From: a virus
Length of the DNA stretch: 64,000 nt
Virus record (IMG/VR): IMGVR_UViG_3300045988_045464
Span: 1 to 64,000 of that record
Direction: 5' to 3' (one strand)
The notes under the pieces are model-generated. The model was not told where the DNA came from and searched no databases. It saw only the letters and a list, made by a program, of their open reading frames with translations. The position numbers were made by a program, and so were the translations under genes. Shown here piece after piece: positions 39,783 through 49,378 of this stretch; within the stretch, counting starts at the first letter, position 1, and each line of letters starts with the position of its first letter.

Positions 39783-40637
39783 ATGATAAATGAGGAGTAT
39801 AATAAATGGCTAATCCTTTACTTTGATATGCAATCTATAAATTTACAGTTCAATTGTAATGATATAGCATCATCACTAAAGGCACAAAGAGATAAGATAA
39901 AACAATTCTGTATTGACTGTCTAACAGGGGTAAAACATCAGGCTGACAGCTTTCTATTTGACACTAATGCTCATATATTCTCTACTCCTAAAACTAGAGG
40001 ACTGTTGTTCTCATATGAAGAATATCCCATTCTTGATACTGATACTACTAAAGTAGTTGACGGAAAGTATCCCTTAGACTATGCTACTGAAATAATAGAA
40101 TCTAATTTGGATGATATCATTGACTATATAGTACAATCGGGAACAGAAACATACAATGATAGAACCAGTAGAGGATTTGGGAATAGGTGGAGTCCTTATA
40201 ATGAGGAGGAACGTAAACAAGTAATTAAACTGTTTAACTCTGGAACTTGGTATGATACACTTGGGTCCTTAAAGCATTTATATTATGAAAGAACCCCCAA
40301 AGGCTTAAGAATGTGTAACCTGACTGGCGAACCCTTACAAGCCAATGTTCTAGAACATATAGAAGATATTATTTTGAACATAAAAGACCATTATGAAACA
40401 TTTGCCGTTGTTCCTAGAGGTAAATCTAAATTACAAGTTTATATGACAATTAGCAATGGAACAAATGGAGCTGAAGGATGTATCATTAATCCCATGGAAG
40501 ATGTGCTGAATGTACTTAAGGACTTACGGAAATACAAAGGAGTAACTTGGTCACAGCTACTGGAAGTTGGGATAGATAATGCAGATGATTTATATTGGTG
40601 GTACGTGACATTCTCTATAGACACTACAGCTATATAA
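39783..40637 (+). CDS. hypothetical protein (284 aa)
   Basis: Long ORF at the end of the rightward block. Confidence 0.55.
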   Translation: MINEEYNKWLILYFDMQSINLQFNCNDIASSLKAQRDKIKQFCIDCLTGVKHQADSFLFDTNAHIFSTPKTRGLLFSYEEYPILDTDTTKVVDGKYPLDYATEIIESNLDDIIDYIVQSGTETYNDRTSRGFGNRWSPYNEEERKQVIKLFNSGTWYDTLGSLKHLYYERTPKGLRMCNLTGEPLQANVLEHIEDIILNIKDHYETFAVVPRGKSKLQVYMTISNGTNGAEGCIINPMEDVLNVLKDLRKYKGVTWSQLLEVGIDNADDLYWWYVTFSIDTTAI

Positions 40638-40819
40638 TAAATTGATACCAGCCAGTAGATGCTAGGCACAAAGCCTAAGATAGTTTTTACATCTTCGTCT
40701 TGGTGGTCTACGCCAGTGCGCTCTGACGTATTCTCACTTACCGAGACGGAATCTTATTATAAACAACAAAGCCCGAACTTAGTTTAATTACTAGGCTCGG
40801 GCTTTATTATATCAACCTG

Positions 40820-41907
40820 TTATGTATTAATTTTAATTACTTGTCTAGAATAGTCAGGCAAGTCAAGTATTTTATTACTTTGGTCAAATGTAGAAGCTGT
40901 ATTCTGCAATAGGAGTCTTTTAGTTCCATTCGAACCAATTGCATACCAATTTGAATCTACATATATTAAATCAGTAAGAGTATATTCACCTAGTGTAGAT
41001 GTAGTCCAATTATTACCCCTATCTGTAGACACACTCTTCATATTATTTCCTATAAGCATAAATGTATTAGTCCCAGCTTCATTTGCATACAAACCTTTAG
41101 TCAAAGCAGTTAGTTGTGGTCTAGTGGTTGCAGCAGTCCATTGAGTTCCAGTTGGGTTAGTACTAACGTATGTATAATTACTTGTAGTGCTATATACTAC
41201 ACTTCTTGGCGAAGAATGAAACCCTTGTATTACTGCACTTGGTGTAAACATTCCTGGAGTATAATAAGTAAGAGAATCCGGTAAAGATGTAGCTATGAAG
41301 GTATATATTCTAGCTCCTCCCTGATACGATGCCCCAACACAGCAGTAATCATAAGGCCCAGTTGATATGCTACGGACTGGACCTACAACACTACGCTCCT
41401 TTACTGTACCGTCATCATACACTATAATAACATAGTTCTTACCGTCTCCTCCTGCTCCTTTATAAAATACCCAGCCAGTAGAGAATCTAGCCAAGTGAGC
41501 ATAACCATAAGCTTTTACAGTATCTTTGTATTTTAATTCCCACTGTTTGGTAGACTGATTAACTACATACAATCCTCCAAGCATAGACAATGCTCCAATT
41601 GCTTCACCTCCTCCAGCTATGTATATAAAATCCTCATGGCCGTCTATAGCTGGAATTTGAGCATAGGTACCACCGCCAGCAAAGTATAAACTACCTGTCT
41701 CCGCATTAATAAGGAATAAGTCTTTATTTACAACTATATCTTCTTCTTTAACTAACTGGTTAGACCTATAATTATTAGGTTGTTTAACTACCTGTCCCCA
41801 TAAGGACAATAGTAAGTCATAATAGGGACAATACCCCCCCCCTTCCCATAATCTATTGACATTCCAGTCAATTCATTCAATTTGTCTTCTGTTACTATTT
41901 TACTCAT
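40820..41907 (-). CDS. tail-fibre-like protein (Thr/Ser/Gly/Tyr-rich); N-terminal leader out of frame at a G9 tract
   Basis: The 329-aa ORF (40820..41809) has no ATG. An ATG at 41907 encodes MSKIVTEDKLNELTGMSIDYGKGGG and then meets the 9-G tract (+ strand 41834..41842). Ten G would fuse it in frame to the 329-aa ORF. The NQLVKEEDI motif is shared with 46933..47400. Confidence 0.5.
41834..41842 (-). repeat. homopolymeric G9 tract on the coding strand (out of frame; +1 G restores the full-length fibre)
   Basis: Nine C on the + strand, 22 codons after the ATG at 41907. Confidence 0.85.
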
Positions 41908-42033
41908 TATTATATTTAGATTTGATGTTAATCATACAAGACTAATACATCATGTTAAGATTAATTATCTACTTGCTATATTAATAATAATCTGTATATT
42001 TGTGATATGTTTAACCATTAAATTTATAAGATT

Positions 42034-42375
42034 ATGCCATTAGTAACAATTCCACTCCGATTATTTGGTAAATCACTTAAAGAGTATAATTTCTCTGTAT
42101 TTACATTACCTGCTACTTTTAAACCGGTAGAGGAGTTTGGTATGCTTTATGTTTACTTCTATAAGGATGAAACTACTACTAGATTAATTTATTGTGGTAA
42201 AGATACCAATATTCCTCAAAGGCTAGAAGACCACGAACGTGATGACAGAGATATTATAGAAGCATCAAATTACATAGGCGTTATATACTATGCTGATTAT
42301 GAGCAACTCAAAGCTGATGAAGTTGATATATTAGAAGGCAACAACTTCGAGAAGAACATTCAGCATAATTGTTGA
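42034..42375 (+). CDS. small GIY-YIG-like protein, tentative
   Basis: LYVYFYKDETTTRLIYCGKDTN...RLEDHER resembles the GIY...YIG...R...H core. It sits antisense within the structural module. Confidence 0.35.
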   Translation: MPLVTIPLRLFGKSLKEYNFSVFTLPATFKPVEEFGMLYVYFYKDETTTRLIYCGKDTNIPQRLEDHERDDRDIIEASNYIGVIYYADYEQLKADEVDILEGNNFEKNIQHNC

Positions 42376-42584
42376 ATTATTTCCATTGGGACAGAATGGA
42401 TAGGATGCCAGTTCATCCCTCCTTCTGTTCTCATAAAGACATAATTATCTTCTTTATTGTACACCATTATAGTACTGTTGTTACTTTTAAATAGTGCTGT
42501 AACTTTTACTTGCCCGTCTTCTTTAGTCATTACTCCACATTCTAAAACGGGATGTTCCTGCACTTTAGTCCATTTATTATCCAT
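42360..42584 (-). CDS. hypothetical protein
   Basis: 74-aa ORF. Confidence 0.35.
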   Translation of the reverse strand: MDNKWTKVQEHPVLECGVMTKEDGQVKVTALFKSNNSTIMVYNKEDNYVFMRTEGGMNWHPIHSVPMEIIQQLC

Positions 42585-42665
42585 ATTAATTCATTTAATT
42601 ATTATCAGTTGTATATCTATATGTAAAGTTATTGATTATTAGCCAATTAAACTAATGCAAGAATG

Positions 42666-42854
42666 TTAAGTATTGTTACTTGGTGGTATATAATCATCTG
42701 GTACATCATGCGGTTCACGTGGGTCTTCAAACCAAACTCTATCTACTTTGTCCAGTTCTGCACATACTTCCTCTGCTGTCATTTCTCCTGCATTGAATTT
42801 GGCAAATAAGTCTCTGGTAAATTCACTGTACTCTCTATTACTCATTTCTATCAT
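42666..42854 (-). CDS. hypothetical protein
   Basis: 62-aa ORF overlapping the stop of the large tail gene. Confidence 0.35.
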   Translation of the reverse strand: MIEMSNREYSEFTRDLFAKFNAGEMTAEEVCAELDKVDRVWFEDPREPHDVPDDYIPPSNNT

Positions 42855-45800
42855 AATTCATTCCTCCTATTAATGCTGTACCTACTGCTGTAGGATATAT
42901 AAAATATCTACCTGTCAATGCATTCCATACTCTCTTAGGATGTTTCATATTTAAGTACTTAGTTATAAATGCATGTTCATTACCAGATTCAGAGAACTCC
43001 TTAAGCATCTGCTCTAAAGCTTGTCTGCCTGGATATTCTTGTCCTGGTTGTAATCCTAACCTCTTACCTAGTTCCATTGTATTAGCGGCTGCTTCTCCTC
43101 CCTCAAACAAGTATTTATAAGTTTCTAAGTCCGGAGCTTCATTCTCTGGAATTAATAACTTCCTAGTTTTAAAGTCGTAAAAATCAGTAGTATTAGCCTT
43201 ACGTTTAACATGTTCAAACAAATTACCTCTTATTGGCATCCTGTCCTTATCAGCCATTCCATAATATCCTCTATGCAAGGTTTCATGGTATGCAGTTGGA
43301 TGTAAGTTATAATGCTTATTATATTGTAACATGTCATTTGAAGGATTAGGGTCTAAATACACTCTACCAGCAAACTCCCCATTAGGATAAGTAATCGTTT
43401 CATAATCTGGCGTTACTTTAACTCTAGCCCTCTCTGCGCCATTTGGGTATGGTGTAAAATGTTCATATCCTAATCTCTGCGCTAGTCTCTTATTATACAA
43501 ATCAGTCTCCTTCTTAACATCCGATTCCAAGAAATCTATAGCTTCCTTAGTTCCCTTATCTACATCACTATATATCTTATCCATATTCCAACTTCTATCT
43601 GGATTAAGATTAACCTCTAAATTCTTAGCGGGATATTTATTAGAGGCTAGCGTATTAGCTCCTTTCTTAGACACTCTACCATTCTTCAAGTCATCTCTAA
43701 GACTAAAGATTACTTGATTATTAGAATATCCATTATCATATACATTATTAAAGACTACTCCATCTGCATTCATCTTATCTGCTGCCCGCTCTAATGCTGC
43801 TCTGTTAGGTACATCACCTACAGTAACTATTGGCCTCTCCAACTCTAAGTCTCCTTCTACTCTGTAAGGTCTCTTGGCAAATCTCTCTCTAGCCGCAGCT
43901 GCCTTCTCTGCCTTACCTGGTATAGAGTGATTAGCTGCTGTTCTAGGATTGCCTAACTTACCTTGATACCATATACCAGCTTCAGGAGCACCTTCATGAA
44001 TAGCATCCCACCTTTCTGGGCTGTATAATGTTAACTTAGTAGGAGCATCAGTATCGTGTACTACATGTATGGATTGCCTAGGTCCCCAACCTACGTTGTT
44101 AGGTAGCATATTATTAGGAGTAGCTAAATGCTTAGATTGCCTTTTAAACTCCTTACCAACTGCACGTTTAGCCATTTGCTTACCTGCATATCTACCTGCC
44201 ATAGATGCACCTTTACTAAGTAAACTACCTAATCCTGTTGCTAGTGTAGCATAGTCTGTAAAGGTAAGGATTCCATTTAAATTATGCAAACCTTCTTCAT
44301 ACTTCTTTGCTTGCATATAATCATCATATCCTTTACTAGCTGCTTCATGTGCTTGTTGATGCTGCCAAGGACTTTTAGCATCAGAGGTTACTGTAGGCTG
44401 TTCGGATTGCCCATATATGTTTATCATGGACTGAATATGTTCAGCTGGAGTAGCCTTTCTAATTCTATTCGGAATATTAGGTCTGTAGTCTCTAATTGCA
44501 TCTCTTCTAGCTATACCATGTGGTGGATTTTGATATTTAATAATCATACCATTCTCACCTTTAGGAATACCATTATATACTCCAGTAAGTACTTTAGCAT
44601 AATTAGTAGCTTCTGCATATCTTCTCTTACCTTTATTAGAACCAGTAAGCTTAGCTACAAACTTATTAATATCATCATTCTCATCAAAGTCATATAGTCT
44701 CTTTAAGAATTGTACCTTATCTGCTGCATACTCATCCATAGAATTATAAGACCTAAACTTCTGCTTAATAGCTTCACCTTTAGCATTCTTATCATTACCA
44801 GTTACATAATCACCTTTCCATGAACTACCAGTAGTTAAATTGCCAAAGTTGTACTTACCTTGTGCAGACTTACCCCAACTAGATTCTAATGCGTCTTGTG
44901 CTAATAGCATTCTAATTGCATTATCATTAGTAATACCTGCCTTCTTATAGGCATTAATAAGTTCTGTAGACCATTGCTTTCTGTTAGTGTATGGACTCTT
45001 CCAAGTTGAGTTGGCAGTAACAGGTTTATTGGTAACAGGTTTACTAGCTACTGGCTTATTAATTACTGGCTCTACTGTAGGATTATTAGCTACTACATCA
45101 GTTTCATTAGCATCTCTTACTGGAACTACTAATGCTTCTGGTTTATCGTAAGTTGTGTTGTAATTATACTCACTAAATGGATTAATAGGATTAGTAATAT
45201 CAGTGTAATCTATTGTAGGATTACTTACTGGATTATAACTAACAAATCTCATTCCTTGTTGAGCTTTCTTGATTCGCTTCTTATAGGTTGGGCGACTTGA
45301 TTTGATGAACTTCTTACGCATGTCCCTTTTACCGTTAATCTCTTCTTGTTTCTTTAACAGAGGGGACTTCTTAAAATCAAATCTTCCACCATGTGCCATA
45401 GTTACTAATTCTGGATTTCTAACAGACTTACCTTCAATCCATATAGGATTAGATTGCTGTAGTATAAACGGACGACCTACTTTATCCATTAATGCAGCTT
45501 GTTTAGTAAGCCTAACTTGGTTAGCAGTATTAGGAGAATCATTCCACCTCTTAGCATAGTCAGCAGGATTAAATTTCCACATATCTTGAGAAGTCTGTCT
45601 TAATTTACCTTTGCTCATTTGAAACTTAACCAAGTGTCCAGCGACATCATCAATAGGACCTATATAATCAGTTCCTGGCTTCCTAAAGGTCATGAACTCT
45701 TTATCTCCCATACGCATTACTGGTTGGCTAATAGGTTTGATATTACTAGTAGCTTTATTAAAGAACATTCTTTTAACTACTGGATTCTCATCAAATATAT

Positions 45801-45942
45801 ATTTAGCTAATAGATTCCTACCTTCTAAATTTCCTCCACCTAGTATTGAAGAACCTGTGTAGTCGGCTGGCATTGTTTTTATATCTTGCAAACTTACTGA
45901 TGCATTACCGTTAGTTCTCTTGGCAGCTTTATAAGCAGCCAC
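42838..45942 (-). CDS. large tail-associated protein with a peptidoglycan hydrolase (glucosaminidase-like) domain and a C-terminal HExxH motif
   Basis: MLLAQDALESSWGKSAQGKYNFGNL...FRSYNSMDEYAADKVQFL matches the FlgJ-type glucosaminidase signature. A PVxNKPV linker repeat follows, then YHETLHRGYY (HExxH). Confidence 0.65.
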   Translation of the reverse strand: MAAYKAAKRTNGNASVSLQDIKTMPADYTGSSILGGGNLEGRNLLAKYIFDENPVVKRMFFNKATSNIKPISQPVMRMGDKEFMTFRKPGTDYIGPIDDVAGHLVKFQMSKGKLRQTSQDMWKFNPADYAKRWNDSPNTANQVRLTKQAALMDKVGRPFILQQSNPIWIEGKSVRNPELVTMAHGGRFDFKKSPLLKKQEEINGKRDMRKKFIKSSRPTYKKRIKKAQQGMRFVSYNPVSNPTIDYTDITNPINPFSEYNYNTTYDKPEALVVPVRDANETDVVANNPTVEPVINKPVASKPVTNKPVTANSTWKSPYTNRKQWSTELINAYKKAGITNDNAIRMLLAQDALESSWGKSAQGKYNFGNLTTGSSWKGDYVTGNDKNAKGEAIKQKFRSYNSMDEYAADKVQFLKRLYDFDENDDINKFVAKLTGSNKGKRRYAEATNYAKVLTGVYNGIPKGENGMIIKYQNPPHGIARRDAIRDYRPNIPNRIRKATPAEHIQSMINIYGQSEQPTVTSDAKSPWQHQQAHEAASKGYDDYMQAKKYEEGLHNLNGILTFTDYATLATGLGSLLSKGASMAGRYAGKQMAKRAVGKEFKRQSKHLATPNNMLPNNVGWGPRQSIHVVHDTDAPTKLTLYSPERWDAIHEGAPEAGIWYQGKLGNPRTAANHSIPGKAEKAAAARERFAKRPYRVEGDLELERPIVTVGDVPNRAALERAADKMNADGVVFNNVYDNGYSNNQVIFSLRDDLKNGRVSKKGANTLASNKYPAKNLEVNLNPDRSWNMDKIYSDVDKGTKEAIDFLESDVKKETDLYNKRLAQRLGYEHFTPYPNGAERARVKVTPDYETITYPNGEFAGRVYLDPNPSNDMLQYNKHYNLHPTAYHETLHRGYYGMADKDRMPIRGNLFEHVKRKANTTDFYDFKTRKLLIPENEAPDLETYKYLFEGGEAAANTMELGKRLGLQPGQEYPGRQALEQMLKEFSESGNEHAFITKYLNMKHPKRVWNALTGRYFIYPTAVGTALIGGMNYDRNE

Positions 45943-45945
45943 TTT

Positions 45946-46617
45946 TTATGGTAATTTCTCTACCTTAGATAGAAATGGAGTAATTCTGTTAGCTGTTGCC
46001 ATTGCTATATTAGAAGGAGTCCTTGCTTCCTTATTAAATATCCAATGATTCTTGTTAATAGGATTCCAAGCTAAGTCAGCGTCACCTTTAATTGATTTAG
46101 TTATTAACTTGTCCTTTCCAATCTTATATCCTTTAGCACCACCATACCAAGCTCCTGGATTAGTATAAACTCCAATTTCGGACGGAATGCCAGTTTTATC
46201 TTCCAACCAGTTACCCCAGCCCCCGGTAAGCTTATCCACAGTCATATTACCTAAAGCTCCTACTACAACAGCGGCTGGAGTTGTTACTAATGCAGCACCA
46301 GCTGCTGAAGGAAGTATAGTTCTTTCTATTCCAGCACCAGCTGCTGAAGGAAGTATAGTTCTTTCTATTCCAACTAAAGGATTAGTCTCATTGGACATAG
46401 AAGCCCTGAATCTGGCTTTAGCTCCTTTAATAGGATGCCAATAGTCTCTATTTCTTTCAGCAGCTGACCTGGTATCATTAGAAGGTTCTCCACCTAAATC
46501 TACAATGGAATACTGTCTAGGTTTAGCTTTAATAGGTTCATGAATTTCTGGCCTAACTACTTTAGTATTATCGGACTCTATGGTGTTTCCTTGTTGTAGT
46601 TTAGGTATTACTTTCAT
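45946..46617 (-). CDS. hypothetical structural protein containing a 13-aa duplication
   Basis: 223-aa ORF; GIERTILPSAAGA is encoded twice by a perfect 39-bp tandem repeat. Confidence 0.5.
   Translation of the reverse strand: MKVIPKLQQGNTIESDNTKVVRPEIHEPIKAKPRQYSIVDLGGEPSNDTRSAAERNRDYWHPIKGAKARFRASMSNETNPLVGIERTILPSAAGAGIERTILPSAAGAALVTTPAAVVVGALGNMTVDKLTGGWGNWLEDKTGIPSEIGVYTNPGAWYGGAKGYKIGKDKLITKSIKGDADLAWNPINKNHWIFNKEARTPSNIAMATANRITPFLSKVEKLP
46293..46370. repeat. perfect 2 x 39-bp tandem duplication inside the CDS
   Basis: cagcaccagctgctgaaggaagtatagttctttctattc occurs twice back-to-back. Confidence 0.9.
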
Positions 46618-46859
46618 TATTTATTCGATTTATCGTTATTGGTGAATCTCTTCCATATTCCTGTTACTGAATCTATGCCAAGCAATCCCATACAACACAA
46701 CAGGACTGTGTCTATCATTAATGGGGCTTGAATTACGTTTATTGCACAGTATATTAACACTCCCAAGCAGACAAACCACCCTACTACTCCGCAGAGTCTC
46801 TTAGATGATATGCCAGAGTGGGATGTGAATACTTGCTTTAAGAATGTTACAAACTTCAT
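46617..46859 (-). CDS. small two-transmembrane protein (holin-like topology)
   Basis: 80-aa ORF with two hydrophobic helices and a charged C-terminus. Confidence 0.4.
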   Translation of the reverse strand: MKFVTFLKQVFTSHSGISSKRLCGVVGWFVCLGVLIYCAINVIQAPLMIDTVLLCCMGLLGIDSVTGIWKRFTNNDKSNK

Positions 46860-46932
46860 TATATAATTACATTTATAGAAATATTAGCTGTGTCACCTCC
46901 TATATATGCCTGATTTATTGGTATTTCAGTAG

Positions 46933-47400
46933 TTACCCAGATTGGCATACTGCGTTATTTGTTACACTATCTGCATCTACAGTCACCCTGTATGTACTGA
47001 AATATCCAGTGAACAATAATTTAGAGACATTAGTTAAATCAGTTGGTAAATTAAAGTGGAAGTTTCTGTCAAAGAAAGTTGCCCCTTGATAGTCTAGAGT
47101 TCCAGACCTAGGAATTGTTATAAACCCATCTGGAACTCCATCTATGTAAACATCTGCTACAAAGTCATAGGATTTAGACGTAAGCCCAGAGTTAGTTATT
47201 GAAACATGTATATTGAAGTCATACTGGAATGTTGACAACTGTATATCCTCTTCCTTAACTAACTGATTATTAGCGTAATTATCGTTAGTTTCAAGTCCGA
47301 AGAACTCTACTCTATCTCTAGTGGCACACTTGGTTGGAGTATTTGTACCTCCACCAGCTAAATTAATTAAATATTGTTCTGTTGCAATTTTATTTGTCAT
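46933..47400 (-). CDS. fibre/receptor-binding-like protein, paralogous N-terminus
   Basis: MTNKIATEQYLINLAGGGTNTPTKCATRDR parallels the 37813 N-terminus. NNQLVKEEDI is shared with the 40820 fibre. Confidence 0.5.
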   Translation of the reverse strand: MTNKIATEQYLINLAGGGTNTPTKCATRDRVEFFGLETNDNYANNQLVKEEDIQLSTFQYDFNIHVSITNSGLTSKSYDFVADVYIDGVPDGFITIPRSGTLDYQGATFFDRNFHFNLPTDLTNVSKLLFTGYFSTYRVTVDADSVTNNAVCQSG

Positions 47401-47412
47401 TTTAAATACTTG

Positions 47413-47907
47413 CTATGTATTGTTTATACACATAACGGCAAGTAGACCCTGTACTGGCATATTCTGATTAGTTCCTATAACAAGTCTATCTGTTTCATAA
47501 TTAGAATAGCAATTCATATTCTTTACATTATTTAATAGGAATGCTACGTAAGTATTACTTCCAATCACACTATTGCCAAACAAAGCTACATTTCTTATAA
47601 CACCTGCTATAGGGTATACCACCATGGATGAAGCAGGAATATCTGGTGTAGCCGATGTGCTTTGACCATACATACTTGTGATTGATATACCCATTGTAGT
47701 GTCTGTAGTAGTGTTATTAAAGAATATTAGGGTGCTGCCGCTTAGTGAACCGTTTAATAAATCTATAGCGTCAGCAATACCCCCCCCCGACGGTAGGTTA
47801 TCATTGAACTGTTGCTTAGTAATGCATCTATTGTTCGCAACTCCGTCTAAGCTCAAGCCTTCTGCTCTGGCTTCAGCTGCTGTTACTAATTCATTAGTGC
47901 TTTCCAT
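47413..47907 (-). CDS. structural protein of the same paralogue family, with an in-frame G9 tract
   Basis: ...NNRCITKQQFNDNLPSGGGIADA; the GGG is encoded by nine G (+ strand C-run 47780..47788). Confidence 0.5.
   Translation of the reverse strand: MESTNELVTAAEARAEGLSLDGVANNRCITKQQFNDNLPSGGGIADAIDLLNGSLSGSTLIFFNNTTTDTTMGISITSMYGQSTSATPDIPASSMVVYPIAGVIRNVALFGNSVIGSNTYVAFLLNNVKNMNCYSNYETDRLVIGTNQNMPVQGLLAVMCINNT
47780..47788 (-). repeat. homopolymeric G9 tract on the coding strand (in frame)
   Basis: Nine C on the + strand inside 47413..47907. Confidence 0.9.
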
Positions 47908-48110
47908 TATTCTTGATATTCTCTTAAATTACCAATTGTTACTTCAAATTCATCTGATTTCATGTAGGGTGATACATCTGCATCTTTAGCAGCTTCGTTC
48001 AAACAGAACATGTCTGAAGGAAACGATAGTGCCTTTACCCTTATTTGCTTAAGTAGTCTGGAGTGTTTGGCTTTAGACCAAACCCAGACGTCAAATATAA
48101 AATTTCTCAT
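47907..48110 (-). CDS. hypothetical protein
   Basis: 67-aa ORF. Confidence 0.35.
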   Translation of the reverse strand: MRNFIFDVWVWSKAKHSRLLKQIRVKALSFPSDMFCLNEAAKDADVSPYMKSDEFEVTIGNLREYQE

Positions 48111-48141
48111 ACTGCGATTAATGTACTTTAATTCTTAAATG

Positions 48142-48531
48142 TTAAGAATTACTAAGTGTAGAAGCAATCCACTTTTGATTGGAGCCTTTGTTAAGGCTAA
48201 AGTGCTGTAAACCACCTTGACTTACATTTACGTATAATGTGAACAAATTAGCTAGTGGAATTCCGACTATTGTCACACTAATACATGTTGGCGTACCATT
48301 AGATACTCCATAATACAGTAACTGAAATGGGACCATGTCTGTCATATTAGACTTCACAATCTCCATTACAGCACTATCAGCACTGTTAACCTCTATATTA
48401 CTACTTCTACCTGGATAAATCAAATCTTGTGTTGTTAAAACTAGGGTCTGAACCCCCCCATAGACTTGAGTGCATCATTCACTTGTTTAGTGGTAGGGCA
48501 TTTGTTGTCTTCATTTTGAATTAAAGCCATG
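48142..48531 (-). CDS. structural paralogue split by a G7 tract (ATG at 48531; 93-aa body 48142..48423 without ATG)
   Basis: MALIQNEDNKCPTTKQVNDALKSMGG then the 7-G tract, then a TAG in the current frame. Eight G would give an in-frame fusion to the 93-aa ORF (…VQTLVLTTQDLIYPGRSS…). Confidence 0.45.
48453..48459 (-). repeat. homopolymeric G7 tract on the coding strand (out of frame)
   Basis: Seven C on the + strand between the leader ATG and the 93-aa ORF. Confidence 0.85.
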
Positions 48532-48538
48532 ATTGTTA

Positions 48539-49378
48539 TTATTTAATAATTCTACGTTTAATTTGCACACCTCTCTTAGCTATTAGCATAGTATTACTTC
48601 TTTTGTTGTTAGCATTACTAGCGAAGGTATTATGCAGTTTAGCTATCTCGTCATCACTAAGGGTATTAAACCCTGAAGGTATTTTAGCTCCCTTAGTTCT
48701 CATCTCCTGAATATCTGTACCTTTTAATTGCCTATTAGGGTCAATATAATAATTACCATTCGCATCTTTCATATTTACATTGGCTCCTCTAAATCCCCAC
48801 GTGTCCGCATGTCTTTCATTAGGTTGGGAGCTGTACACTTGAGACTCTAATGGTGTAGAGGATTCATAATCCACTCTGTTATTAATACCAGGATTGGCCT
48901 TTAATATCTGCGGATTATTATCTCCAACCATGTGTCCAATACCTTCATGCCAAGACACATCGCTAAATCTTCCAGAGAATGGGAATGAAGGAGCATTGTA
49001 TGTGTATTGCAATCCTGCTGGATATGCTGCTCCCTTATTTTGTCTCATAGCTACTTGGGCAGCTTGAGTCACATTACCAACCTTCCCTTTATATACATTT
49101 GGATTAGAATAGAACTTAGAAGGTTCTACATATTCTGCCCTGTTAATTTGGTCAGTAATGTTAGCAAGGTTAGATTCATTAACTTGAGATTGATACTTAG
49201 GCTGTTTAGCACGTTCTTTATACCATTCTATAGCAAAGTCTTTCATCCCTCTAGTTTGGGCTTGATATCTCTGGTCCTCTGGCAATTTATAATTCTCTTT
49301 AGGATTAGGTCTTGCTACAGCTCCCTGTTGTGCCCTAATAATCCCTCTTCCTTTAGTTGAGATTCTCATAATATCCAT
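48539..49378 (-). CDS. hypothetical structural protein (279 aa)
   Basis: Long ORF with no recognisable motif. Confidence 0.5.
   Translation of the reverse strand: MDIMRISTKGRGIIRAQQGAVARPNPKENYKLPEDQRYQAQTRGMKDFAIEWYKERAKQPKYQSQVNESNLANITDQINRAEYVEPSKFYSNPNVYKGKVGNVTQAAQVAMRQNKGAAYPAGLQYTYNAPSFPFSGRFSDVSWHEGIGHMVGDNNPQILKANPGINNRVDYESSTPLESQVYSSQPNERHADTWGFRGANVNMKDANGNYYIDPNRQLKGTDIQEMRTKGAKIPSGFNTLSDDEIAKLHNTFASNANNKRSNTMLIAKRGVQIKRRIIK

Noticed and set aside
44069-45810. Plus-strand ORFs within 42838..45942
   Set aside because: Antisense to the 1034-aa tail protein gene.
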